From Gemmataceae bacterium (lineage in GTDB: Bacteria > Planctomycetota > Planctomycetia > Gemmatales > Gemmataceae), in the NCBI GenBank assembly GCA_009692005.1, contig SHZZ01000001.1, positions 198,171 to 262,170 on the forward strand: a stretch of 64,000 nucleotides of DNA, written 5' to 3'. Position numbers and translations under genes: made by a program. Positions 39,292-49,070 of this stretch are shown in pieces. The notes below the pieces were generated by a model, which was not told the DNA's origin, did not search any database, and was given only the letters and a program-made list of their open reading frames with translations. Every line of letters starts with the position of its first letter. Within the stretch, counting starts at the first letter, position 1.

Positions 39292-39445
39292 TTCGTACTG
39301 GTTTGAGAATTGCCCTGTGTTGCCAATTCAAAATTTGCGACCGCTATAGGGTGGTCTCGGTTGTCTCAACAAAAAATTTACTTGATAAAAATTTTTGTCG
39401 AAATGGGAATTCGCGATTGTGGCCAATTCCTGCCTTGCCTCATTG

Positions 39446-40357
39446 TCAAGAAGCAAGGAGCTCTTGCCTTGATTGATTGGAGTTAAGAAACTGGCTAACC
39501 AGGTCGGCCATTATTTCTGGAGCTTGCAGGAAGGCGAGGTGGCCCAGCCCCCGCAAATGATGAACCTCGGCGCCGGGTAGTTCCCTTGCCAATTCAGAGA
39601 AATTATTCTGCGACACCAAGATGTCGTTTTCACCATGCATGAGCATGCAAGGGGAGTTGAGTTTCTTAAAGGGATCCTGGTAATGAAACCGGCGAATTAA
39701 CTTAAGCCTATTGGCTATCACGGCTTGATCGGTCCTCCAGCATTGGGCTGCGATTTTATCGACAGCAAGAGCGGAAGCCTTGCTTCCACCCAGAAAAAGC
39801 CGGAAAAACTGATTTACCAACGGGTTTTCATGGGGGAGCTGATAATGCGCAAGGATGAGGCCGGCCAACCGGTGGAGGATACCCCTTTCGAACCGGGACC
39901 CCGTGCCCTGTAAAATCAGCGGGCCGGTTTTTGAGGGAAAACGATTGGAATAATGCAAAGCCAAGGTCCCACCAAAGGAAAAGCCAACCAGGGGAGGCTT
40001 TTCTAATCCCAAACCGGAAATCAATTCATCAAGGTCTTGTGCAAGGTCGTCCAAGGTGGTTTTGGACCGAAAAGAAAAAAAACTATCCTCACCCCGATAT
40101 TGAAAACTTATTACTTGAAAACCCTTGGCTAAATAGCTGATGAAGGGTGCAAGGAGTTCATAACCTCCCGCAATCCCCGGCAAAAGCAAAATTGGCTCTC
40201 CTGTTCCCCAGATTGCAACTTTTGCGGTGTAGGAGCGCAGGCTAAGGAATTTTTTTTCGGGGTTTAGGCCGGATAGGTTAGAAGCGGCAAAGTTTTCCCA
40301 AGTTTTTGAAATCAACACAGTTAATTGCTCCAAAACTAATTTTAAACTTCTAGACAT
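39446..40357 (-). CDS. alpha/beta hydrolase
   Basis: LLPGIAGG oxyanion region, nucleophile elbow GFSFGG, and a late HGENDILV / GHLAF region. Confidence 0.8.
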   Translation of the reverse strand: MSRSLKLVLEQLTVLISKTWENFAASNLSGLNPEKKFLSLRSYTAKVAIWGTGEPILLLPGIAGGYELLAPFISYLAKGFQVISFQYRGEDSFFSFRSKTTLDDLAQDLDELISGLGLEKPPLVGFSFGGTLALHYSNRFPSKTGPLILQGTGSRFERGILHRLAGLILAHYQLPHENPLVNQFFRLFLGGSKASALAVDKIAAQCWRTDQAVIANRLKLIRRFHYQDPFKKLNSPCMLMHGENDILVSQNNFSELARELPGAEVHHLRGLGHLAFLQAPEIMADLVSQFLNSNQSRQELLAS

Positions 40358-40650
40358 GAAGTCTCAGCAAATTGTGTTCCAATTATAAAAAATAGCTGAA
40401 AGAAGGGAAAAATCAATTTTCGCCAATATTTGTCAAAATGGGAAGGTGGTTTTTTGAAGAATGGTAAAAAAATGACCCGTTGTATTTAGTTCCACCATTT
40501 GTTTAATGTCGCTCTTTGACATGTTTAACTGAATTTCGACGATTTTCGATAATAAAGGTGAAATCCTTGTTGCCTCAGTTTAGAATGTTCAATTGTTACA
40601 AGCTACTAGAACCAACCCAATTAATGCTCAAACAAACCTTGGAAAAATAA

Positions 40651-43644
40651 ATGAAGTTACCCCAATTTGTTGTAGAGGAAACAACACGCAACCGGTTTCT
40701 CATTGCCCTTGGTACTTTTTGGGCAATTGCCTTGGCCTCATTCATGATTGGATATTCCTGGTCTTTCCCCGACCTGGGGATTCGCACTGCATTTTCTTTG
40801 GAGATTAACTTTTTTCACCAGGAAAACCTGGTGGCAGGAGAAAAGGACTCACCCCAACAAGGAGACCAAATTTTGGCCCTGGATGGCCATCCAATACGAA
40901 GTTGGCCTCAGTGGATGCGGGCAGTGTTAGGGATTGCCCAGGAAAGACAATTTTCTGGAGTCTCCGGCATTCAGGCTCCCCCCCGAGTGGTTGTGGTCCG
41001 CCTATTTCGCCCTACGGAAAACCGAACTTTGGAAACCCGCTTGATTATCGGGCAAACCAGCTTTGCGGCCTTTTTACCTTCCTTGGTTTGGTTTTGTTTG
41101 AAAATGGCCATGGTACTGGTTGGCGCCATGGTTTTTTGGTGGCGGACCAAGGATCCCGGGGCCAGGCAGTTTTTCGTATTGGGATTAGTTTCGCTTGTCG
41201 CTTACATGGGAGGATTTCATTGGTGGCGTATTGCCCCCCAGCCCGTTTTGTTGTTTTCCTTTGTAACCGCTTCTCTGTTTTTGCCTGCGGTAAGTTTGCA
41301 CTTTTTCTTGATTTTCCCAAGGCCCAAGTTGGTCATTTTGCGAAACCCTACGACGGTTTTGGGAATCGTGTATGGCCCCTCCAGTTTGTTTTTGCTCCTG
41401 TTGTTTTCCGGCTATTTGCGTTTGCGGCTTTTTTATGGGATTGATGAGATCTCTTCCGAAGGGATGAATCTGGTGCTGCGGGAAATGCTCTGGGAAATTT
41501 ATATTTTCTTGGGTATCGCAGCGGTTTGGTTCCTGGCTTGCATTGCCATGCTCCTTCATAGTTTTTCCCGCGCCGCTGATGACACTGAAAGAAATCAGGT
41601 TCGCTGGATATTAGTTGGTTGCATGGCCGCCATTCTTCCCATTTTTTATTCGCTTTATCTTGTCTTGCTCGATCCAGGGCGATTCAGTCAGGGTGGAGCC
41701 ACCTGGCCCATGTTCGCTGCCTCGTGCCTTGTCACCGCCGCGTTTACCATCAGCATTACCAGATACAAATTATTGCAATTGGAGCAATTCCTTGCTTCGG
41801 GTGTCTCGTATTTTGTCCTGAGCACCCTGGCGGGATTAATTTACTACGGCCTGGTTTTTACCGGGATGCTGCTGGCCGGAGCGCAATTCAGCGAACGGCC
41901 ATCGTTTTTCCAAGTGGCCGCCGTCAGTGGGACCGCTTTAGTAATGATCATTGCTTTGGATCGTTTGCGGGGACGGTTGCGCATTGCCCTCGATCGGCGT
42001 TTTTACAAGGAAAAAAATAAGCTGGACCATGCCTTTCGCAAAATGAGCCAGGCTATTGAGAATTTGGTTGATACCTCTTTGATGGCGCGGAGGTTTTTAA
42101 TGTCAATCTCCGACACTTTTGGGTTTTCCCAGGGCGCTGTCTTTTTGAAAGCGCCGGATGTCCAGGGGTTCAAGCTGGCAAATTCCTTGGGCGACCCCCC
42201 AAGGCAAGACCTGTTGTTTCACGATAACCCCCTGGTGCAACTCCTGGCCAGGGGCGATACAATCGGGGAAGGCTTAAGTGGCATCTCGGCCAAATCTCCA
42301 GTGATCCGCCAATTAAAAAACCTGGGTGGAATCATCGCGGTTCCCCTACAGCTCGAAGGGAGCATGATGGGTTTTTTCGTTATTGGTTCCCGGGCCGCCG
42401 GACCGTATTCCCTCGAAGAGATCAATCAACTGTCGGGAATTTCCCAAATCGCGGTTTTGGGTCTGTTAAGCGCCGAGGGGCATCGCACGGTTGAAATTCT
42501 AAATCGCGAATTAAAAGAAAAAGTGGAAAAGATCGCGGAACAGCAGAACCGAATTTTGGTCCTGCAAACTCAACTATCCCGGCGACCAGCCTTTGCCAGC
42601 GAACCCGTGAACGGCGCCGACGCCAAAGGAGAAAGCGCGGGGGAGAATATTCCCAAAATGGCGGGAGTGAAAAATGGAAAGCTGATTGGTTCCAGCCCGC
42701 TGGTGCGGGAAGTCTTGGAGTTAGTGGGCAAGGTCGCCCCCAGCACCTCAGCGGTCCTGTTAAGAGGGGATAGTGGGACGGGCAAAGAAGTGGTCGCTAA
42801 ATTGATTCATGAAAATAGCACTCGAGGGGACAAGCCTTTTGTCAAAGTCCATTGCGGGGCTCTTTCTCCAGGAATTTTGGAAAGTGAATTGTTCGGTCAT
42901 GTGAAAGGGGCCTTTACCAGCGCCATTAAAGATAAGATTGGCAGGTTCGAGTTGGCTAACGGGGGAACGCTGTTTCTGGATGAAATAGGCGATATCGGCC
43001 CTGAAGTTCAGGTGAAACTTTTGCGAGTCCTGCAGGAGAAAGTCGTCGAAAGGGTTGGTTCGAACCAACCAATTAATGTGGATGTCCGGATAATTGCCGC
43101 CACGCACCAGGACCTTGAACAACTAATCTCCCAGGGAAAATTCCGTGGGGACTTGTTCTACCGGCTGAATGTCTTTCCTATTTTCCTTCCTCCCTTGCGG
43201 GACCGTCATGACGATGTTTTGGAACTGGCGCAGCATTTTCTGGGCAAATATTCCGCAAAGTTTGCCAAAGGGATATTGCAGTTGGATGACGATGCCTTGC
43301 TGGCGCTGAGGAACTATACCTGGCCGGGGAATATTCGCGAATTGGAAAATGCTATCGAGCGGGGAGTGGTGGTGGCCTCGGGAGGAATTATTACAGCCAA
43401 GGATTTGCCCGGGCAAATCACCCATATTCCTGGAAATAAACCCATGGAACCGCTTTTCCATTCTCCGCCTGGGGTTGACTACAATTTCCTGGAAATGGCC
43501 CGTGGGGAATTTGAAAAGAAAGAAACAGAAAAGATCCTGTCTGCCCTGGCCCACGCGGGAGGGAATAAATCGAAGGCTGCCAGGGGGCTGGGAATCCCCC
43601 GCAGCACCCTCATAAGCAAAATGAGGAAAATCGGGATTGAGTAA
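40651..43644 (+). CDS. sigma-54-dependent transcriptional activator fused to a TM-PDZ-like-multiTM sensor and a GAF domain
   Basis: AAA+ core GDSGTGKEVVAKLIH, ESELFGHVKGAFTSA (a GAFTGA variant) and RIIAATHQDL, plus a C-terminal Fis-type HTH (KSKAARGLGIPRSTLISKMRK). About 10 hydrophobic helices lie in the first 450 aa. Confidence 0.9.
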   Translation: MKLPQFVVEETTRNRFLIALGTFWAIALASFMIGYSWSFPDLGIRTAFSLEINFFHQENLVAGEKDSPQQGDQILALDGHPIRSWPQWMRAVLGIAQERQFSGVSGIQAPPRVVVVRLFRPTENRTLETRLIIGQTSFAAFLPSLVWFCLKMAMVLVGAMVFWWRTKDPGARQFFVLGLVSLVAYMGGFHWWRIAPQPVLLFSFVTASLFLPAVSLHFFLIFPRPKLVILRNPTTVLGIVYGPSSLFLLLLFSGYLRLRLFYGIDEISSEGMNLVLREMLWEIYIFLGIAAVWFLACIAMLLHSFSRAADDTERNQVRWILVGCMAAILPIFYSLYLVLLDPGRFSQGGATWPMFAASCLVTAAFTISITRYKLLQLEQFLASGVSYFVLSTLAGLIYYGLVFTGMLLAGAQFSERPSFFQVAAVSGTALVMIIALDRLRGRLRIALDRRFYKEKNKLDHAFRKMSQAIENLVDTSLMARRFLMSISDTFGFSQGAVFLKAPDVQGFKLANSLGDPPRQDLLFHDNPLVQLLARGDTIGEGLSGISAKSPVIRQLKNLGGIIAVPLQLEGSMMGFFVIGSRAAGPYSLEEINQLSGISQIAVLGLLSAEGHRTVEILNRELKEKVEKIAEQQNRILVLQTQLSRRPAFASEPVNGADAKGESAGENIPKMAGVKNGKLIGSSPLVREVLELVGKVAPSTSAVLLRGDSGTGKEVVAKLIHENSTRGDKPFVKVHCGALSPGILESELFGHVKGAFTSAIKDKIGRFELANGGTLFLDEIGDIGPEVQVKLLRVLQEKVVERVGSNQPINVDVRIIAATHQDLEQLISQGKFRGDLFYRLNVFPIFLPPLRDRHDDVLELAQHFLGKYSAKFAKGILQLDDDALLALRNYTWPGNIRELENAIERGVVVASGGIITAKDLPGQITHIPGNKPMEPLFHSPPGVDYNFLEMARGEFEKKETEKILSALAHAGGNKSKAARGLGIPRSTLISKMRKIGIE

Positions 43645-43645
43645 A

Positions 43646-45031
43646 TCATTCCTTTTTCAAGGAAAAGCACACTAGCTTTTTGTCATTGCGGACAAAAATA
43701 TGCCCCTGGGAAAAGGCCGGGTGAGACCAAACAATCTTCCGGTTGACACCTCCTGCTGGCGCCACTCCGGTTGGTTCGATCAAGTGTGCCCGGTCGATTT
43801 CTTTGTACCCTTCAGGAGTCAGGCGGGAAATCAAAAGGTCACCCTTCTCGTTGAACAGGAAGAAACGGTCTCCGTGGGGAATAAGGAAGGCATTTGCCCA
43901 GCGCTCCACGGGTTCCTTTTGCGACCCGGTGGCGGTTAAATCCTCCCAAACGCGCTTTCCGTTTTCCAAACGGAGGCAGCGAAGCTGGCCATAACTGCAA
44001 ACACCGTAAAAATATTCCCCTTGAATAATTGGTGTAGACATGATGGCGTGCAAGGAGTCGGTTTGCCCCGGCTGTTCGCCGCGTCCATTGCTTTTCCAAA
44101 TGACCTTGGGCTGGTTTTCCGTGATCTCAAGCAACACCGAGCCATTGTAAAAGGAAGATAAAAGCAAATGATTACCCACGGCCCTGGGTGTGGGTATGGA
44201 AAGGTTTGCCTTTAAGCGAAAGGGGTAGGTCCAAAGAGCATTGCCTGAAGCAGGGTCCAGGCCATTGACTGACTCGGAGTGCCAAATCACCAGGGTTTTC
44301 TTTCCAGCAAAATCAAAAACCATTGGAGGAGCATAGCCAATTTCGGCGGCGGGATTTTGCAAGGTCAGGGCGGACCATTTCTCCACCCCAGTCTCCAAAT
44401 CAAAGGCGACTGCAACTTTTTTCGGCCCAACCAAAGTGATGACCATTCCCTGGTAAATCAGCGGGTGCGAGGCGAATCCCCAAACAGGGATTGGAGCCTG
44501 GTAATCCTTGGGGAAGGATTTATTCCAAATCAGCTTCCCGGTGGCGGCATCCAGGCAATTGATGTCACCCATTGCCCCCAGGAAAATCACGCGATTCCCT
44601 TGAATCGCCGGGGTGCAGCGCGGGCCACAAGGATAGGACATGGTGTAGTGGCAGGGGTAGGAAAACTCCCAAATAGTTTTACCGGATTCTTGGCTGAAGC
44701 AAATTAGCCGTTCTTTACCCTTGCTATTGGTGCGGGAGAACAAATTGGCATGGTCAGCAACTCCCTGGTCCAAAACTCTGTCAGTGATATAAACCTTGCC
44801 CTTGGCGGTTGCCGGGCCCGCATACCCCCCACCCACCGCAACCTCCCAGAGTTTTCTTGGGCCTTCCTTGGGAAATTTGTCCAGGATTCCAGTCTCATTC
44901 CAAACACCCTGGCGATTCGGGCCAAACCATTGCGGCCAATCCTCGGCTTGTGCAGTATTATTCGTGAAAAAAAAGGAGCTGCAGAGTGCTGACATGACTA
45001 AAATTGCAAAAGATTGCTTCAGGAGATTCAT
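43646..45031 (-). CDS. secreted PQQ-like beta-propeller repeat protein
   Basis: Signal peptide, then repeated W/G-rich propeller blades (DWPQWFGPNRQG..., GKVYITD, GKLIWN...). Confidence 0.85.
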   Translation of the reverse strand: MNLLKQSFAILVMSALCSSFFFTNNTAQAEDWPQWFGPNRQGVWNETGILDKFPKEGPRKLWEVAVGGGYAGPATAKGKVYITDRVLDQGVADHANLFSRTNSKGKERLICFSQESGKTIWEFSYPCHYTMSYPCGPRCTPAIQGNRVIFLGAMGDINCLDAATGKLIWNKSFPKDYQAPIPVWGFASHPLIYQGMVITLVGPKKVAVAFDLETGVEKWSALTLQNPAAEIGYAPPMVFDFAGKKTLVIWHSESVNGLDPASGNALWTYPFRLKANLSIPTPRAVGNHLLLSSFYNGSVLLEITENQPKVIWKSNGRGEQPGQTDSLHAIMSTPIIQGEYFYGVCSYGQLRCLRLENGKRVWEDLTATGSQKEPVERWANAFLIPHGDRFFLFNEKGDLLISRLTPEGYKEIDRAHLIEPTGVAPAGGVNRKIVWSHPAFSQGHIFVRNDKKLVCFSLKKE

Positions 45032-45171
45032 GACATGTACAGCCTTCCAGGTAGGGTGAATTTTGATCCCGGTGAGAATTGGATCTTGGCAAGTAAGGCG
45101 AAATCTTTTATATAAGATCTTTACCGAGTTTGTTGTGTTTTCAGGGTTTTTGCTATTTAATAAGGATTCCT

Positions 45172-45375
45172 ATGCCACTTCGGATGCGCGTACACGACCG
45201 GGAACCAATTGGTTTGGCCTTGAGGCGGTTCAAGAAATTGTTAGAACGAAGTGGGATTCAAAAGGAATTGCGCAAAAGGAAATATTACGAAAAACCTTGC
45301 GAAGCTCGCCGTAGGGCTGAATTGCGCAAAATAAGCGCAATTCGCAAAGCCAAAATTTTGACGAAAAAGGTTTAG
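45172..45375 (+). CDS. rpsU: 30S ribosomal protein S21
   Basis: MPLRMRVHDREPIGLALRRFKKLLERSGIQKELRKRKYYEKPCEARRRA..., the classic S21 sequence. AAGGA lies upstream. Confidence 0.93.
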   Translation: MPLRMRVHDREPIGLALRRFKKLLERSGIQKELRKRKYYEKPCEARRRAELRKISAIRKAKILTKKV

Positions 45376-45449
45376 GCTTTTGCGCGACGCCCGCATGAGT
45401 CGCCAAAGCCGATTCCCAGGAGGGTAGTCTCATCAAAGCAAACGGATCC

Positions 45450-46352
45450 ATGGGGGTTGCGGCCCATGCTGAAATGCCAATCGAGAAAATTAAATCAATT
45501 AATTTTCCCAATTGGCTAAAATCATTTCCATTTATTGTCCTTCACCTTGCCTGCCTTAGCGCTTTGTTTGTCGAATTTTCTTGGTCCTTGTTTTATCTTT
45601 GCCTTGGCTCTTATTTAGTTCGAATGTTTGGCATTACTGCCGGATATCACCGTTATTTTTCCCACCGAGCGTACAAAACAACTCGTTGGTTCCAATTTGT
45701 CTTGGCTTGGCTGGGGTGCAGCGCCCTGCAAAAAGGCCCCCTGTGGTGGGCTTCTCATCATCGTGACCATCATAAATATTCCGATACGCCTGAGGATCCG
45801 CATTCACCGCATCGGACTAGTTTCTGGTGGTCTCATGTCGGCTGGGTGCTTTCCAACGACCATGCCGACTACCCTGGAAACAATATCCAGGATTTTTCCA
45901 AATATCCGGAGTTACGGTTCCTGAGCAATTACCACTGGATCCCTGGGATTTTCCTGGCGGTTTTGTGTTACCTTTGGATGGGGTTTCCCGGTTTGGTTTG
46001 GGGCTTCTTTGTCAGCACCGTGCTGGTTTACCATTGCACTTTTTTTATTAATTCCCTGACACACCTGGTCGGGGTAAAACGCTTCGAAACTTCGGATGAA
46101 AGTCGCAATAGTTTGATTCTGGCCATTTTGACAATGGGAGAAGGTTGGCACAACAACCATCACCATTACCAAAGTTCTGCCAACCAAGGATTCTATTGGT
46201 GGGAAATCGACCTCAGTTATTACATTTTGTATGGGTTGTCTTGTTTTGGCATCGTTTGGGAATTACGAAAACCCGGTGAGAAGGCTCTGAACTTCCGTCG
46301 TCGTAAACCCATCCGTAAAAAGAAAAAGAAGCTGACAAAAATCAGCGCTTAA
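45450..46352 (+). CDS. acyl-CoA/acyl-lipid delta-9-type fatty acid desaturase
   Basis: Three histidine boxes (HRYFSH, HHRDHH, HNNHHHY) in a 4-TM protein. Confidence 0.9.
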   Translation: MGVAAHAEMPIEKIKSINFPNWLKSFPFIVLHLACLSALFVEFSWSLFYLCLGSYLVRMFGITAGYHRYFSHRAYKTTRWFQFVLAWLGCSALQKGPLWWASHHRDHHKYSDTPEDPHSPHRTSFWWSHVGWVLSNDHADYPGNNIQDFSKYPELRFLSNYHWIPGIFLAVLCYLWMGFPGLVWGFFVSTVLVYHCTFFINSLTHLVGVKRFETSDESRNSLILAILTMGEGWHNNHHHYQSSANQGFYWWEIDLSYYILYGLSCFGIVWELRKPGEKALNFRRRKPIRKKKKKLTKISA

Positions 46353-46363
46353 ATGGTTGCCCC

Positions 46364-47032
46364 ATGCGTTTGCGCGGGTTGACATTCACGGTTGAAGCGA
46401 AAAAACGCACTCAAACCTGGCCATTGCGTTCTAAAAAAGTTGCCGCTTATTTATCTGACCAAGACCCTAAATTAAAAGCAGTAATTGATTCTTTGGGGCC
46501 TTGCCGAATCAAGTCCGATCCGGATTTATTCCAGGTGATTTGCAGGACCATTATTTATCAGTTGATTTCCACCAAGGCGGCAAACACGATCATTGGCCGG
46601 GTTGAAAAAGTCTTGCCCAACCAGCGCTTTGAACCTGAAGGAGTCTTGAAGCTGGGAATAAAGGGTTTGAGAAAACAGGGCATTTCGCGGGCGAAATCCG
46701 GGTACTTGCTTGGCCTGGCCCAGGGGGCAAAATCAGGGGAGCTTTGCCCAGGAGATTTTTTTGATCTTTCGGATGAAGAGGTATGCCAAAAATTGTGCCA
46801 GTTTTCCGGGGTCGGCCCGTGGTCGGCGCAAATGGTGTTAATGTTTTCCCTGGGTCGGCCTGATGTCCTTCCTTATTTGGATTTTGGCCTGAGGAGCTCA
46901 GTCAGGGGACTTTACGGGCTAAGGGAAATGCCCAATAAAAAAAAGCTCGAAGAAATTACCCAATGCTGGAAACCCTATAGATCCGCTGGGGTGTGGTATA
47001 TGTGGCGGCGGCTGGAATCAGTTCCAGGATAA
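46364..47032 (+). CDS. HhH-GPD DNA glycosylase (AlkA-like 3-methyladenine glycosylase II)
   Basis: Helix-hairpin-helix GVGPWSAQMVLMF followed by the catalytic Asp context (PYLDFGLR). Confidence 0.8.
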   Translation: MRLRGLTFTVEAKKRTQTWPLRSKKVAAYLSDQDPKLKAVIDSLGPCRIKSDPDLFQVICRTIIYQLISTKAANTIIGRVEKVLPNQRFEPEGVLKLGIKGLRKQGISRAKSGYLLGLAQGAKSGELCPGDFFDLSDEEVCQKLCQFSGVGPWSAQMVLMFSLGRPDVLPYLDFGLRSSVRGLYGLREMPNKKKLEEITQCWKPYRSAGVWYMWRRLESVPG

Positions 47033-47036
47033 TTAG

Positions 47037-48398
47037 TTACTTGGGTTTTTTGGGACCGTTCGGCCGGTGGTAATTCCAAGGCTTGACCAGAAGCAAAATG
47101 GCTTGGCAATAACCCTTAAAGGCATTTCGAAAATTCTTGGCTTTTATATCCGCCTGGGCTTGGGCCAAGGTGCTTTCCAAAAGCGACTTGTCAACTGTCA
47201 GATCGCTCCCTTCAAGTTTTACTTCATTATCCGCTAGCCAGCGTTTTAAGAAATCCACCTGCAACTGAAATTTTTCGACCAACTTCAGGTCGTACTGAAT
47301 GGATTTGGAACGGTGAATTCTCGGTTGTGGATCAGTGTTTTCCGGATTGGAATCTCCACGGGAGACAAGGATTTGCCTGACCAGCCCAACCATGCCGGAA
47401 AAAACACTAGCCAAAGAAAAGATGATTAGGAACAAAGCCCACGGCCCAGGAATTTGGTTTAAAAACACCGCCGCCGAGCCAAAAGCGGAAAATGCCCCCA
47501 CCAGCAGGCTGATGACCCACCAAGGAGCCCCAAGGTCTATTTTCCTGAGATATTGCAAAATACTAAGCTTGGCCTCCAGGGTTTCAGGATCCGGGGCGTT
47601 TGGACTTTGTCCAGGTTGGTTCTCACTGGGTTTAACATGAACGAGGATGGCCGTAATGTTGTCTGGCCCTCCTCGGATATTGGAGGCATGAATCAGAATT
47701 TCGCAGGCTTCCTGGATGGGAAGGCAAGAGATAACCGCCCCAATTTCAACATCTTCCATTTGGCCCGAAAGCCCGTCGCTGCATAATAAAAATTTATCTT
47801 CCTTGGCCAAGGGGTAAGGCCCTTCCACATCGGGTTCAACCAAGGGTTCAGGGCCCAGGCACTTATTGATATAATTGCTGGGAATATCCTTAACTTCGTC
47901 GGGATCGATCTTCTTTAGTTTGGCGTATTCCCAAACCAGACTGTGGTCATAAGTCAATTGTTCAATTTTTTGGTTCTTGATCCGGTAAACGCGGCTATCA
48001 CCCACATGGCCAATCCAGGCCCCTTCTGGCCTAAGCGCCAAGGCTGTTGCAGTCGTGCCCATGCCCTTGAAGTCGGTATTCTGCTGGCCGCATTCGTGAA
48101 TGGAAAAATTCGCTTCGAGCAGGGCTTTGCGCATGGAAACCGGGCCGCCTTCTTCACGCGCCAATTTTCCAAAAACATGCGGAATGATTTTTACCGCCTG
48201 CTCACTGGCCTTTTCCCCCACCGCATGGGCGCCCATGCCATCCGCCACCAGATACAAATGCCCAACTTCCGACCATTGCAGGGCGCTTTCCGCAGAGGCG
48301 GAATAGAAGCTGTCCTGGTTATACCCCCGCTTGACCCCTACATCAGTCAAGGCGCAAACCTCGATTTGGTCAAAGGAAATCACGCAAATCTCCGTCAA
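47037..48398 (-). CDS. PP2C-family Ser/Thr phosphatase with 2 TM and a C-terminal domain
   Basis: LVADGMGAH, the GDSRVY motif, LLCSDGL and GGPDNITAILV, followed by two hydrophobic helices. Confidence 0.88.
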   Translation of the reverse strand: MTEICVISFDQIEVCALTDVGVKRGYNQDSFYSASAESALQWSEVGHLYLVADGMGAHAVGEKASEQAVKIIPHVFGKLAREEGGPVSMRKALLEANFSIHECGQQNTDFKGMGTTATALALRPEGAWIGHVGDSRVYRIKNQKIEQLTYDHSLVWEYAKLKKIDPDEVKDIPSNYINKCLGPEPLVEPDVEGPYPLAKEDKFLLCSDGLSGQMEDVEIGAVISCLPIQEACEILIHASNIRGGPDNITAILVHVKPSENQPGQSPNAPDPETLEAKLSILQYLRKIDLGAPWWVISLLVGAFSAFGSAAVFLNQIPGPWALFLIIFSLASVFSGMVGLVRQILVSRGDSNPENTDPQPRIHRSKSIQYDLKLVEKFQLQVDFLKRWLADNEVKLEGSDLTVDKSLLESTLAQAQADIKAKNFRNAFKGYCQAILLLVKPWNYHRPNGPKKPK

Positions 48399-48587
48399 AA
48401 AATGTTCCTCATTACCATATGGTAATACAGGATGGTGATAAAGTAAAAATAAGAAGGTAAAAGAGTACCCAACCGTGGATTTCAGGTGGATTCCCTATTG
48501 ACCTTCCTGATTTTTCGGTTATTTCTCCAGCCATTTTTCCCAGGGAACGGTGTCCGGCGTACTAGTTACCAGGCGGCAGGGCTTACC

Positions 48588-49064
48588 ATGAAGTTTTTCA
48601 GGTGGATTGCATTTTGTTTCCTTTTTTTGCCTCTCCTTGGCTGCGTGACCAGGAAATACACAATTGATTCCCAACCGCAAGGCGCCATGGTTTACAAGGA
48701 TGGGAAACCCATTGGCGTTACCCCCATGGATGACCATTTCACCTATTACGGGAAGTACAAATTCAAACTGGTCAAGGATGGGTACGAACCCTTAGATATG
48801 GAACAAAAGATACCGACGCCCTGGTATGAGTACCCGCCCCTCGATTTTATTTCCGAAAATTTGTTTCCCTATGAGATCCATAACATTCACCGATTTTCCT
48901 ACCAACTGCAACCCCTGCAGCCCGTGTTAAAAGAAGAACTTATTAACAAGGCCACTCACCTCAGAGAAAAAGGAAAAGAAGTCACCCCTTTTGCTCCTGT
49001 GCTCGAAAAAAAACCTCTGGCGAATTCGGCCCAGATTGGCCCGCAACTCCCGTTGAAATATTAG
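48588..49064 (+). CDS. PEGA-domain lipoprotein
   Basis: Lipobox FLPLLGC after MKFFRWIAFCFL. The PEGA-like pattern is SQPQGAMVYKDGKPIGVTP...YKFKLVKDGYEP. The ORF is open from 48486. Confidence 0.65.
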   Translation: MKFFRWIAFCFLFLPLLGCVTRKYTIDSQPQGAMVYKDGKPIGVTPMDDHFTYYGKYKFKLVKDGYEPLDMEQKIPTPWYEYPPLDFISENLFPYEIHNIHRFSYQLQPLQPVLKEELINKATHLREKGKEVTPFAPVLEKKPLANSAQIGPQLPLKY

Positions 49065-49070
49065 CTGCCG

